A stretch of 61,134 bases of DNA from a virus (Duplodnaviria; Caudoviricetes). Location: positions 1 to 61,134 of IMG/VR virus record IMGVR_UViG_3300007734_000737; one strand, written 5' to 3'. Made by a program: the position numbers and the translations under genes. Below the pieces are notes generated by a model. It had not been told where the DNA came from and did no database searches. It saw nothing but the letters and a program-made list of their open reading frames with translations. Below are positions 1-9,533 of this stretch, piece after piece (position 1 is the first letter of the stretch; each line of letters begins with the position of its first letter).

Positions 1-189
1 ATAAAATCATTTTCAGCAAAATTACCATTAGTTGTACAAAAAAAAGATTATTCCGATATTAATAAAACATTTGATTCAAATCATTATGTTATGACATATA
101 ATTGGAATGTTTATTTCCCGGATAAGTTAGACGGAGTATATTTAGATTACGATAAATGTTTAGAGTTAAGAAATAATAATGAGAGTTAA
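1..189 (+). CDS. 3' end of a truncated ORF, possibly a glycosyltransferase (GT25-like C-terminus)
   Basis: Frame 1 is open from base 1 to TAA at 187-189 (IKSFSAKLPLVVQKKDYSDINKTF...). The P-L-x-x-Q-x-x-x-x-S-D-I stretch resembles GT25 C-termini. Overlaps the start of the next GT gene. Confidence 0.4.
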   Translation: MKSFSAKLPLVVQKKDYSDINKTFDSNHYVMTYNWNVYFPDKLDGVYLDYDKCLELRNNNES

Positions 190-1057
190 AATAATTACAG
201 CAATATATACAAATTTAAACGGTACCGAATTAGGTGGTAGACCTAGTCGTGGAGGGCATTATAGATGGAGTTTATTATCATTATTAAAAATGAATGATGC
301 TGATTTTATATGTTATACATCTGAAGAAGAATTAAGTGATTTAGAACAATTTTTCTACAATGAAAATAATGTTAGTAAAGATAAATTACAATTTTCTGTG
401 TTTAATTTACACGATAATGTATTTTCTGAACTTATCAATAAATACAAAGACGTAGAGGGAGCTAAACGAGGGGATAGATGTATTGAAATTCAATATATGA
501 AATTTATTTGGTTCTTATCTGAAGATATGTCTTATGATTATTATTTTTGGATTGATGCCGGACTATCTCACTGTGGTTTAATACCAAACAAATATTTGAC
601 ACCGGGAGGACCTCATAATAAAGGTTATTATGAAAGTACATTATTTAATAATAAATTCTTAGAAAACTTAATGATAAATACCGGAGACAAATTTACATTG
701 ATTGGAAAAGAAAATGATAGAAATTATTGGTCGGGAACAGTAGACCCAATTCATTTTACTGACTATAATAGAATGATTCACATTATTGGAGGTGTCTTTG
801 GTGGTAAAAAAGAAATATGGAAACCAATAATTGATTTATTTAGAAATTATGTTTACAAAGTATCTGAACACGATAAGAGATTATACCACGAAGAAGATAT
901 TATGACATTAATGTTTAGAAATCATCCGGAATTATTTTACAATTACTATTTTGAAACTTGGTGGCACGAAGATGAAAGAATGGCAGGAACCGATATGTCG
1001 GAACACGTTAAAAACAATAAAAGTTTTTATAAAATATTAGAAGAATTAAATGAGTAA
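179..1057 (+). CDS. WlaTC/HtrL(YibB)-like glycosyltransferase
   Basis: N-terminal IITAIY, YYFWIDAGLSH motif, IGGVFGG and HEEDIM motifs typical of HtrL/WlaTC-like GT-A proteins. Confidence 0.7.
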   Translation: MRVKIITAIYTNLNGTELGGRPSRGGHYRWSLLSLLKMNDADFICYTSEEELSDLEQFFYNENNVSKDKLQFSVFNLHDNVFSELINKYKDVEGAKRGDRCIEIQYMKFIWFLSEDMSYDYYFWIDAGLSHCGLIPNKYLTPGGPHNKGYYESTLFNNKFLENLMINTGDKFTLIGKENDRNYWSGTVDPIHFTDYNRMIHIIGGVFGGKKEIWKPIIDLFRNYVYKVSEHDKRLYHEEDIMTLMFRNHPELFYNYYFETWWHEDERMAGTDMSEHVKNNKSFYKILEELNE

Positions 1058-2726
1058 GATAACATTAATAACAGGACTATGGGATATAGGTAGAGGGGAC
1101 CTTCAAGAGGGTTGGTCTCGTTCATTCCAACATTATTTAGATAAATTCCAACAACTATTACAAGTTGATGTTAATATGATTATCTTTGGTGATGAGGAAT
1201 TAGAAAAATTTGTATTAGAAAATAGACGTAGTGAAAATACACAATTTGTTCGTAGGGAATTGTCTTGGTTTAAGAATAATGACTTCTATGATAAAATACA
1301 ATCGATTAGAACTAATCCTGATTGGTATAATCAAGTTGGTTGGTTAACAGAATCAACACAGGCTAAATTAGAAATGTATAACCCTTTGGTGATGTCCAAA
1401 GTTTATCTTTTACACGACGCAAAGATTTTAGATAAGTTTGATTCAGAATATATGTTTTGGATTGACGCTGGTTTAACTAATACCATTCATCCGGGATACT
1501 TCACACACGACAAAGTTTTAGATAAATTACCACAATTAGTTAAAAACTTTCATTTTGTTTGTTTCCCATATGAAACCAATAGTGAAATTCACGGATTCAA
1601 ATATCAAGAGTTATGTGAGTTAGCCGGAAAACCTGTTAATATGGTTGCTCGTGCAGGTTTTTTTGGTGGAAAAAAAGATGTTATATCTGAAATCAATAGT
1701 ATCTACTATGGGTTAATGAATGATACATTATCACAAGGATTGATGGGAACCGAAGAGTCATTATTTACCATTATGACCTACAAATATCCTAACTTAATTA
1801 CTTATTCAGAGATTGAGGGTAATGGTTTAATGGGTAAATTCTTTGAAGATTTAAAAGATATGACCGTTGAAGTTAAATCAGAAGTGTCTACAGATGTTGT
1901 TGTTAATAATTTGGATACGTCAAAAGTTGGTCTTTATGTAATTACATTTAACTCACCAAAACAATTAGAGGTCCTTATACAATCTATGTTAGATTATGAT
2001 TCAGATTTTATTAATAAACCAAGAAAATTTTTATTGGACAATTCAACTGATTTATCTACAACACCAAGATATCTTGAACTATGTGAACAGTATGGTTTTG
2101 AACATATTAAGAAAGATAATATTGGTATTGTTGGTGGTAGAGTATTTGTTGCTGAACATTTTGATGAAACCGATTTAGATTTTTATTACTTTTTTGAAGA
2201 TGATATGGCGTTCTACCCTAAAAAAGGTGAAGTATGTAGAAATGGATTTCCAAGATTTGTTGACAATTTATATCAAAAATCTTTAGAAATTATTCAAAAA
2301 GAAAATTTTGATTTTTTAAAGTTAAATTTTAGTGAGTTTTTTGGTGACCATAGTGTGCAGTGGAGCTGGTATAACGTTCCACAAGATTTTAGACAAAGAC
2401 ATTGGACTAATAACCCTAAGTTACCGGTTCAAGGTTTAGACCCTAATTCACCTAAAACAAAATTTGATGAAATACATATTCATAAAGGATTACCATATAT
2501 AACAGGCGAATCCCATTTATCGAATTGGCCGATTGTATTAACAAAAGAGGGTAATTATAAATGTTATTTGGAGACAAAATGGGCACACCCCTTTGAACAA
2601 ACCCTTATGTCATATGCTTATCAAGAAACCGTTAAAGGTAATATTAAACCAGGGTTACTATTATTAACACCAACCGAACACGATAGATTTGAACATTATG
2701 ATGGGTCGTTAAGAAGAGAATCTTAA
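1050..2726 (+). CDS. Two-domain glycosyltransferase (HtrL/WlaTC-like N-terminal domain + second GT-A domain)
   Basis: ITLITGLWDIGR, MFWIDAG, AGFFGG and GTEESLF in the first half; LYVITFN...LLDNS...YYFFEDD (DxD-like) in the second half. Confidence 0.72.
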   Translation: MSKITLITGLWDIGRGDLQEGWSRSFQHYLDKFQQLLQVDVNMIIFGDEELEKFVLENRRSENTQFVRRELSWFKNNDFYDKIQSIRTNPDWYNQVGWLTESTQAKLEMYNPLVMSKVYLLHDAKILDKFDSEYMFWIDAGLTNTIHPGYFTHDKVLDKLPQLVKNFHFVCFPYETNSEIHGFKYQELCELAGKPVNMVARAGFFGGKKDVISEINSIYYGLMNDTLSQGLMGTEESLFTIMTYKYPNLITYSEIEGNGLMGKFFEDLKDMTVEVKSEVSTDVVVNNLDTSKVGLYVITFNSPKQLEVLIQSMLDYDSDFINKPRKFLLDNSTDLSTTPRYLELCEQYGFEHIKKDNIGIVGGRVFVAEHFDETDLDFYYFFEDDMAFYPKKGEVCRNGFPRFVDNLYQKSLEIIQKENFDFLKLNFSEFFGDHSVQWSWYNVPQDFRQRHWTNNPKLPVQGLDPNSPKTKFDEIHIHKGLPYITGESHLSNWPIVLTKEGNYKCYLETKWAHPFEQTLMSYAYQETVKGNIKPGLLLLTPTEHDRFEHYDGSLRRES

Positions 2727-3307
2727 TTTAAAATTTTATTACTTTTACTTAAATTATCTTCAGCCCATAGTGGCTGAAGATTAGTGTAATAACAAAGTTT
2801 ATAAATTTCTTCTTCCGTATTTGCCGATGATAAAGGAATGATGTGGTCAATATGCCATTCATTTCTGTTATCCCAACACATACCATCAACAAATTGTTTT
2901 TCTAAATATTCTTTTAATAATTCCGGAGAACAACCAATAATATGAAATGTTTTATTATTTTTTGTGACATTTCTGTCTTTTAAAAATAATCCAAGCCTTG
3001 ACCTCATATTTTTTTTTAACTTAAATAAAACATCGGTGTTAGATTTGATGTACGACCAATTATTTTGATAGTCCGGGTTTTTATCAAACCATTCTTTTTT
3101 ACTTTGTTTTACTTTTTCTTTATTGTTATCAACATATTTTTGTTTGATTCCATTAACTTTTTTTTTATTTTTTTGATTATATAAAGTAGATTGTTTATTA
3201 GAACATACTTTACATTCAGGTCTTTTACCATCAAACCTATCTTTGTTATTGTAAAACTCACAAACATCTTTTTCTTCTTTACATTTACTACATATCTTTT
3301 TTTCCAT
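2723..3307 (-). CDS. HNH (endonuclease VII-like) endonuclease with N-terminal Zn finger, probable free-standing homing endonuclease
   Basis: CSKC...CKVC N-terminus; WHIDHIIPLSSA...YTNLQPLWAEDNLSKSNK C-terminus; paralogue of 44296..45069. Confidence 0.85.
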   Translation of the reverse strand: MEKKICSKCKEEKDVCEFYNNKDRFDGKRPECKVCSNKQSTLYNQKNKKKVNGIKQKYVDNNKEKVKQSKKEWFDKNPDYQNNWSYIKSNTDVLFKLKKNMRSRLGLFLKDRNVTKNNKTFHIIGCSPELLKEYLEKQFVDGMCWDNRNEWHIDHIIPLSSANTEEEIYKLCYYTNLQPLWAEDNLSKSNKILN

Positions 3308-3443
3308 AATACTCTTTTAATAACTTATTAAGTAATGTTGATTTTTTAACTTTTTCTTTAACCATTCGGTCAAATAAATCACGGTCTAAACTTATTCCAA
3401 ATTTAACCTTTCTGTCTTCTTCTAATTTTGTTGGTCTTGCCAT
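3288..3443 (-). CDS. Small ribbon-helix-helix DNA-binding protein (51 aa, absent from the ORF track)
   Basis: Hand translation: MARPTKLEEDRKVKFGISLDRDLFDRMVKEKVKKSTLLNKLLKEYYGKKDM*. Beta-strand KFGISL plus two helices; overlaps the HNH start; TATTTAT motif just upstream on the minus strand (3449-3455). Confidence 0.7.
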   Translation of the reverse strand: MARPTKLEEDRKVKFGISLDRDLFDRMVKEKVKKSTLLNKLLKEYYGKKDM

Positions 3444-3520
3444 ATTATATAAATATCTCGTTTATTGTTAAAGTTTCACTATAACTAATAATAAATAAAA
3501 AATATTTTTGTTTTATGAAG

Positions 3521-3527
3521 TATTTAT
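3521..3527 (+). promoter_or_regulatory. TATTTAT upstream motif (representative of at least 16 copies; candidate phage promoter)
   Basis: The same heptamer lies on the sense strand shortly before most transcription-unit starts on both strands (see findings). Confidence 0.6.
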
Positions 3528-3541
3528 AATAAAAACTTTAG

Positions 3542-6361
3542 ATGGAATTTTTTATAAAGAAAAACGCAACCTTACCCCTATTAAAATTACAGGTAGTAAA
3601 AGATGGTAGAAGTGATTACAATAATTTTATGGAATTATTGGAAACTTCCACCATATTCTTTTCTATGGTTAATTCTGAGACCGGTATTCCTAAAATAATT
3701 TCAAGACCGGGAGGATTTGTTGAGAAAACATTTGACGACCCAAATGCTGAACCTGAATATTATATTTACTATCAATTTACCAAACAAGACACAAGTATTG
3801 AGGGTAGATATGAGGGTCAATTTTTAGTTAAAACATTTGATGGTAATGTCATATTACCTGTTAGAGAAAAACTATACATATACGTTCAAGAATCGTTTAT
3901 TGCAGATGATTTAGAATATAACACTTGTTATACTTCAACATTCCCTTGTTGTGGTAATCCGGATATTGTTGAAAATCCAAATGAAAATACGATTACAATA
4001 ACCTCTCAGTATTACCCAAGTTCTATAGGTGTATTATATACAGCGACATCAAGATATCCAATGGATACAGATGTTACAGTCACATTTAAAAATGTTTTAG
4101 GCGTAAATACAGGAGACCCAATTATAATAGATTCATCGGTTTCAATATATACCGGTAGTAAACAAGGTATAACTGAACTTATTCTTGATGAGGATTTTAA
4201 TAGATTAAATTTATATACATTATTTTCTGATGTAGTTTTAACATCTGATGGTTATTCACAATACGATTTAAGACCAATACTTACTGGTCCAATAATTATT
4301 GACCCAATAGACCCAAGACCAAGACCAAGATATGTTAATGCAATAGTTACAAGTTGTTGTGATGATACTGAAGGATGTATGTCTATTATTCCAACAAACT
4401 TAGGCATTACTGTAGGTACTAGCGTTTTAGGTAATGACGGTTTATGTTATGTTGTTCAACAATTTGAGACTTTAGAGTGCGAATCAACAGTATCATTTAG
4501 TCAATCATATTATGAAAATTGTAGATATTGTCTTTCAAAATATCCGTGTAATGTAATTAAAGAAACTCCAACACCTACACCAACACAAACTCAAAATCCT
4601 TGTTTAGTAACTCCAACACCTACACCAACACAAACAAAAAATTGTCAAGCACCGGTTTTAAATACAGTATTAAATACTACAGGAAATACATTTTTATTAT
4701 ATTTCACAAGTACAGGACCTTGTTCGGCAATTTCTGTTAATTGGTCTTCAGATAATATTAATTGGACAAGTAGTACCGGTGGTTGTTCATCACCAATAAG
4801 TATTACAATACCTGGTACATTACCATCAACAATATATTTTAGAATTCAACAATTTAGTAATGAATGTCCTTCATTTATTTCAAATACAATAACTTATAAT
4901 GTTATACCAGTTACTAAAACTCCAACTCCAACACCAACTTTTACTCCTACTCCAACAGGGACTCCTCTACCTCCGGTTTCAGTATCTTTTGTTGATTGTT
5001 GTGATAGTTCAAACATTTTTATTATTTATGGCGCCCCTTCATTGGGGTATGATTATGAAGGTACTTATTATATACAAACTTCAGGTTTTACTGGTTGTGC
5101 CACAGTTATTACACAGGCAAATAGACCTAAATTATCGTATCAATATGTTGCGTTAATAAAACAAAGAGATTGTAGTGGTTGTTTTAATTTTATTGGATTT
5201 ACTTGTCCTACGCCAACTCCAACACCAACACAGACTACAACTCCAACACCAACAGTTACATCATTGGCGTGTGATTTCAACTTTGAAACTGTATCGTTAA
5301 GTCCAACACCAACACCAACGGTAACTAAAACACCAACCGTTACTCCAACTAATACTCCAACACAAACAAAAACACCTACACAAACAAAAACACCTACACC
5401 TACTATTACACCGACAAATACATCTACACCTACAAGAACTATTGGATTAACTGTAACTCCAACTAAAACACCAACGAAAACACCTACACCAACTACTACA
5501 GTAACACCAACTACAACTACGACTAAAACATTAACTCCAAGTCCAACACAAACAATAACTTCTACACCGACAAAAACACCTACTCCAACAATGACTCAAA
5601 CACCTAATGGTGTTGTAGTATCCCAATGTTCTGTGATATATCTTGATAATTATGGTGCGGTTTATTCGTATAATAATAACACAAATGTTTCAACATTATT
5701 ATTTAATACAATCCCTCCGGCACTTCTACCATCTTCAGATATTGCTCACACAACATCTAAGTTATGGGTATATAATGCGGCAATATATGAATGGAATATA
5801 ACATTGAGTCCGTTTACAAAAACTTTTAATAGAACAATAACTCTCCCTGTGGGTGTTACATTAGGAAATGGTGTTGCTGCGGTTAATGATACTCAATTAA
5901 TTTCTAGTAATATTATAAATAATTATGTTGTTAGAATAACATTAAATACGAATAACACAAGTACCGTTGAAAATTTATTTACATTACCTTTAGGTAGAAT
6001 AGTTGCGGGAGATATTATATATACAATAGATGGTAAAATTATAGTAACTACTAAAACTACTGTAACAACACCTATCCAATCTTTCTATATTTCACAGTAC
6101 TCATTTATTAACAATACTTGGGTTTTAGAAATGGATAGAAATATCACAACAACGGCACCACAACCTTATGGTTTATCAACAATAAATGGTGATATATATG
6201 TATTTAGTACTAGAAGCTCAAATTCAAATATCTGTGATATTTTTAAAATAAATAAAATATTTCCATATAATGTCACATATATTAATACTATACAAAGTTC
6301 TGTATCCGGAGCATCACAAGTACCAAGTTGTAATAATGTAACATTTGTAACAGGAGTATAA
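3542..6361 (+). CDS. Putative virion protein: BppU-like N-terminal domain, Cys-rich modules, Pro/Thr repeats, C-terminal beta-rich domain
   Basis: N-terminal FFIKKNATLP...YQFTKQDTSIEGRYEGQF resembles BppU-type attachment domains; long (TP)n tracts; two CC...CxxC modules. Confidence 0.55.
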   Translation: MEFFIKKNATLPLLKLQVVKDGRSDYNNFMELLETSTIFFSMVNSETGIPKIISRPGGFVEKTFDDPNAEPEYYIYYQFTKQDTSIEGRYEGQFLVKTFDGNVILPVREKLYIYVQESFIADDLEYNTCYTSTFPCCGNPDIVENPNENTITITSQYYPSSIGVLYTATSRYPMDTDVTVTFKNVLGVNTGDPIIIDSSVSIYTGSKQGITELILDEDFNRLNLYTLFSDVVLTSDGYSQYDLRPILTGPIIIDPIDPRPRPRYVNAIVTSCCDDTEGCMSIIPTNLGITVGTSVLGNDGLCYVVQQFETLECESTVSFSQSYYENCRYCLSKYPCNVIKETPTPTPTQTQNPCLVTPTPTPTQTKNCQAPVLNTVLNTTGNTFLLYFTSTGPCSAISVNWSSDNINWTSSTGGCSSPISITIPGTLPSTIYFRIQQFSNECPSFISNTITYNVIPVTKTPTPTPTFTPTPTGTPLPPVSVSFVDCCDSSNIFIIYGAPSLGYDYEGTYYIQTSGFTGCATVITQANRPKLSYQYVALIKQRDCSGCFNFIGFTCPTPTPTPTQTTTPTPTVTSLACDFNFETVSLSPTPTPTVTKTPTVTPTNTPTQTKTPTQTKTPTPTITPTNTSTPTRTIGLTVTPTKTPTKTPTPTTTVTPTTTTTKTLTPSPTQTITSTPTKTPTPTMTQTPNGVVVSQCSVIYLDNYGAVYSYNNNTNVSTLLFNTIPPALLPSSDIAHTTSKLWVYNAAIYEWNITLSPFTKTFNRTITLPVGVTLGNGVAAVNDTQLISSNIINNYVVRITLNTNNTSTVENLFTLPLGRIVAGDIIYTIDGKIIVTTKTTVTTPIQSFYISQYSFINNTWVLEMDRNITTTAPQPYGLSTINGDIYVFSTRSSNSNICDIFKINKIFPYNVTYINTIQSSVSGASQVPSCNNVTFVTGV
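5290..5605 (+). repeat. Low-complexity Pro/Thr-coding repeat (ACACCA/ACTCCA units)
   Basis: Encodes about 100 aa of SPTPTPTVTKTPT...TQTP. Confidence 0.9.
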
Positions 6362-6376
6362 TAATAAAAAAACAAT

Positions 6377-8230
6377 ATGGGAACATTTTTAGAAATAACG
6401 ACAGGAAATTATAACGGAGAATTTGCAAATATTACTTTTTTACCTTGTTCAGGTGGAAGTATTTTTATTGGTCAAGTTACTTTACCATACTACTATGATA
6501 ATCCATATTATTATGGAACATATCATATTTACATACCTAAATACAATAAAAATTGTGATTTAGTAATCCCTTGTCCTACACCTCCACCAACATCAACACC
6601 AACTCCAACACCAACACCTAAAATAAATAATTTGGCATTTAATGTGTTGTCTTGTTGTGGTAGACAAACCGGTGTAATAATATTACCTTCAACTTTTATA
6701 ATTGGGGATACTATATTAACTACGAGTAAATTATGTATGACAATTACAGGTTTTGCACCAAAAGGTAGCATTCCAAGTTTTACTTGGGCTGGTATTTCAT
6801 ATGGAGAAGGATGTGATAAGTGTTTATTAGATTATCCTTGTAATCCTGACCCAACACCGACACCAACACCAACAAGTTGTAAAGGTTGTCAAAGTTACAC
6901 CTTACACGGTGGTTTTGGTAGAGGAGGTTACACTGAATTTAGTTATATTCCTTGTGGAGAACAAATACCTGTAACTGTAATATTATACAGGTCTGATTCA
7001 GGAACAGAAGACACATTGGTAGTTTGTGCGGAATGTTATTATGGTATTGTTATAAAATCAGGTACGGGCACTTATGAAATATCAGGAGAATGTATTAAAC
7101 TTACTCCGACACCAACAACTACACCAACACCAACACAAACACCGGCAACAAACTTTTGTATAATGATAACTAATGAATATGGTTGTGGAACTTATACAAT
7201 ACCTACTCAGGGGGATGGATTGGTTAATGGTAAAAAATATTGGACCACCGTGATTGATGGTAAAACTGTTTTAATATATTGGGATAATATTCAAGTTTGT
7301 TGGGTTGTTAAAAACACTAACACAAATGAACAATGTTCTAAATTATTTATTAACTCGGAATATCCTATTGGGGATTATACTCAATGGGTCTCAACACTAC
7401 CCCCAACATCAGGATGTACTTGTTTAGCAACTGATACTTATTTTAGTATAAGATTAATTAATTGTCCAACACCAACACCTACACCAACCAACACACAGAC
7501 GACAACACCAACTAATACGCAAACACCAACGCAAACAAAAACTCCAACACCAACTAAAACACAAACACCTACACCAACTAACACACAGACACCAACACAA
7601 ACAGTAACTAAAACTCCGACAACAACTCCTACACCGACTATGACATCGTCACCATTACCACCAGTTATTGGTTATTTCCAAGATTGTTGTAATAGTGATT
7701 TAAAATTTAAAGTTGGTTTGTTACCTTTTGGTTTAATAATTGGTACCTCGTATTATGTAGAAACTAATGGATACACAGGATGTACAACTTTGATATCCGA
7801 AACACCAGTTTCAATTCAATATCCAACAACAATAGTTTTAGAAGAACAATTTGGTAATTGTGAGGGTTGTAAAGAAAAAAAGTCTATAGTTTGTCCAACA
7901 CCAACACCAACACCAACTCCAACCAATACTCAAACACCAACTCAAACAACAACTCCTACCCAAACTCCTACCCAAACTCCTACTCAAACGGTGACAAATA
8001 CAATGACACCTACAACAACAAACACAATGACACCAACAAATACTTCAACACCAACAATGACACCAACAACAAGTAACCCTTTATGTATTAATTGTAATGT
8101 TTCAGGGTATAGTTATATGATATCGGACCCTGTGATTTACCCATCACCAAGACCGACAAGAACACCAACTCCAACACCAACAGTGACACCGGATAATACG
8201 ATATACACAATATGGGTTCATATTGAATAA
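6377..8230 (+). CDS. Pro/Thr-rich, Cys-rich putative virion decoration protein
   Basis: Several (PT)n linkers separating small Cys-rich domains; two CC...CxxC modules shared with the upstream gene. Confidence 0.55.
   Translation: MGTFLEITTGNYNGEFANITFLPCSGGSIFIGQVTLPYYYDNPYYYGTYHIYIPKYNKNCDLVIPCPTPPPTSTPTPTPTPKINNLAFNVLSCCGRQTGVIILPSTFIIGDTILTTSKLCMTITGFAPKGSIPSFTWAGISYGEGCDKCLLDYPCNPDPTPTPTPTSCKGCQSYTLHGGFGRGGYTEFSYIPCGEQIPVTVILYRSDSGTEDTLVVCAECYYGIVIKSGTGTYEISGECIKLTPTPTTTPTPTQTPATNFCIMITNEYGCGTYTIPTQGDGLVNGKKYWTTVIDGKTVLIYWDNIQVCWVVKNTNTNEQCSKLFINSEYPIGDYTQWVSTLPPTSGCTCLATDTYFSIRLINCPTPTPTPTNTQTTTPTNTQTPTQTKTPTPTKTQTPTPTNTQTPTQTVTKTPTTTPTPTMTSSPLPPVIGYFQDCCNSDLKFKVGLLPFGLIIGTSYYVETNGYTGCTTLISETPVSIQYPTTIVLEEQFGNCEGCKEKKSIVCPTPTPTPTPTNTQTPTQTTTPTQTPTQTPTQTVTNTMTPTTTNTMTPTNTSTPTMTPTTSNPLCINCNVSGYSYMISDPVIYPSPRPTRTPTPTPTVTPDNTIYTIWVHIE
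7463..7650 (+). repeat. Pro/Thr-coding repeat
   Basis: CPTPTPTPTNTQTTTPTNTQTPTQTKTP... tract. Confidence 0.9.
7892..8075 (+). repeat. Pro/Thr-coding repeat
   Basis: CPTPTPTPTPTNTQTPTQTTTPTQTP...TMTPTTS tract. Confidence 0.9.
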
Positions 8231-8248
8231 TATAAAAAACAACAAACT

Positions 8249-9508
8249 ATGTTAACACAAGAAATAAAAAATAAATTAAACGAATTATATAAAAGTACAC
8301 CTGATTATGTTGGTGTTGCATATGGTTATAAAACAGTTCAAGGTCTTGAAACATCTAATATATCAATTGTTTTTACGGTTCCAAAAAAGAAACCATTAAA
8401 TGAAATACCTTTTGATGAACGTTTACCGGAATTTGTTGAAATTAGTGGAACAATCTATAGAACCGATGTGGTTGAAATTGAAAAAGTAATTCCAATGACC
8501 CATATTGATACTGTTGATTGTAATAATCCTTTAATTAACCCAAGTTGTTATACTTGGTCCCCTTTAGGTACGGTATCACCACCTAATAGAGACACTTTTA
8601 GACCTTTAATTGGTGGAATATCACTTACCGCAGACCATTTAATTGGTACTGTAGGAACTTTAGGTCTTATTGTTGTAGACAGTACAAGTCAAAAACTTGT
8701 TGGATTAACAAATAATCACGTTGTTGTTCAGGACGCATCCTATACTAGTTATAGAAATTTAACAGGTCCTATTGTCAATGAATATAAAGCTTCGGCATAT
8801 CAAGATGGTGAATCTTTTTCCGAAAATAAAAAAATTGGTGAGGTCATTAGATATGTTCCGTTAAAAAGTCGACCAGATTTAAATACCGTAGACGGTGCAT
8901 TAGTTTCATTATGTGCAAATACAGTTAATACTGTAACATCTATTAAACAATTAGGTATTAATTATAATCAACCTATTCCATTTGCAACAACGTCTGAGAT
9001 AGATAGTTTACTTGTGACACCAAGAACAATTTTAAGTAGTGGTAGAACAACGGGGGCAAAAACAGGTAATTGTAGTTTAAAAATTAAATATTTAAATGCC
9101 ACGCAAGATGTTGGTGATTACCCTTTACAAGGCGTTGGTAGAACAGTCAGATTTAATGAGTTAATTTGTTTTACAAGATTAAGTGAAACTTGTAATTGGC
9201 CAATTTATCACGGAGATTCCGGGTCGGTGTTAATTGCAGACTTTGATGGTGTTTATAAAATAATTGGATTAAATTTTGCGGGGTCAGCTCAAGTTGATGG
9301 GTCAACAACTCAAATTGGACAATATGGTTATGCTTGTAGAATAGATAATGTTGCATTTGAATTAGGTATTGAAGCTTGGAATGGTACATCGGTGAATGCT
9401 GTAACGACTATTGACAAAATTTTAACACCTAATGGTAGTGCAAATAAAACAATAATTGTGGATGGTAAAACATATTGGCAAGTAGGTCTATCACGTCATT
9501 TAAACTAA
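8249..9508 (+). CDS. Trypsin/chymotrypsin-like (S1, Nal1-like) serine protease
   Basis: Complete triad: GTLG...LTNNHV (His), DGAL (Asp), SGRTTG, GDSGS (Ser). N-terminal VGVAYGYK...VPKKKP...TDVVE segment resembles the Nal1-type N-domain. Confidence 0.85.
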   Translation: MLTQEIKNKLNELYKSTPDYVGVAYGYKTVQGLETSNISIVFTVPKKKPLNEIPFDERLPEFVEISGTIYRTDVVEIEKVIPMTHIDTVDCNNPLINPSCYTWSPLGTVSPPNRDTFRPLIGGISLTADHLIGTVGTLGLIVVDSTSQKLVGLTNNHVVVQDASYTSYRNLTGPIVNEYKASAYQDGESFSENKKIGEVIRYVPLKSRPDLNTVDGALVSLCANTVNTVTSIKQLGINYNQPIPFATTSEIDSLLVTPRTILSSGRTTGAKTGNCSLKIKYLNATQDVGDYPLQGVGRTVRFNELICFTRLSETCNWPIYHGDSGSVLIADFDGVYKIIGLNFAGSAQVDGSTTQIGQYGYACRIDNVAFELGIEAWNGTSVNAVTTIDKILTPNGSANKTIIVDGKTYWQVGLSRHLN

Positions 9509-9530
9509 ATAAACTAAATAAACTAAATAA
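9501..9530 (+). repeat. Tandem repeat (TAAACTAAA)x3
   Basis: Three exact 9-mers spanning the protease stop codon and the intergenic spacer. Confidence 0.85.
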
Positions 9531-9533
9531 TTT

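Noticed and set aside
7891-8076. Asn/Thr-rich 61-aa ORF in an alternative frame
   Set aside because: It is the shifted reading of the (ACACCA)n Pro/Thr repeat and has no independent initiation signals.
5290-8190. ACACCA-type tandem repeats as a possible CRISPR array, DGR repeat or telomere-like DNA
   Set aside because: The repeats are degenerate at third codon positions and in frame, with no constant repeat-spacer structure and no cas or reverse transcriptase gene in the window.
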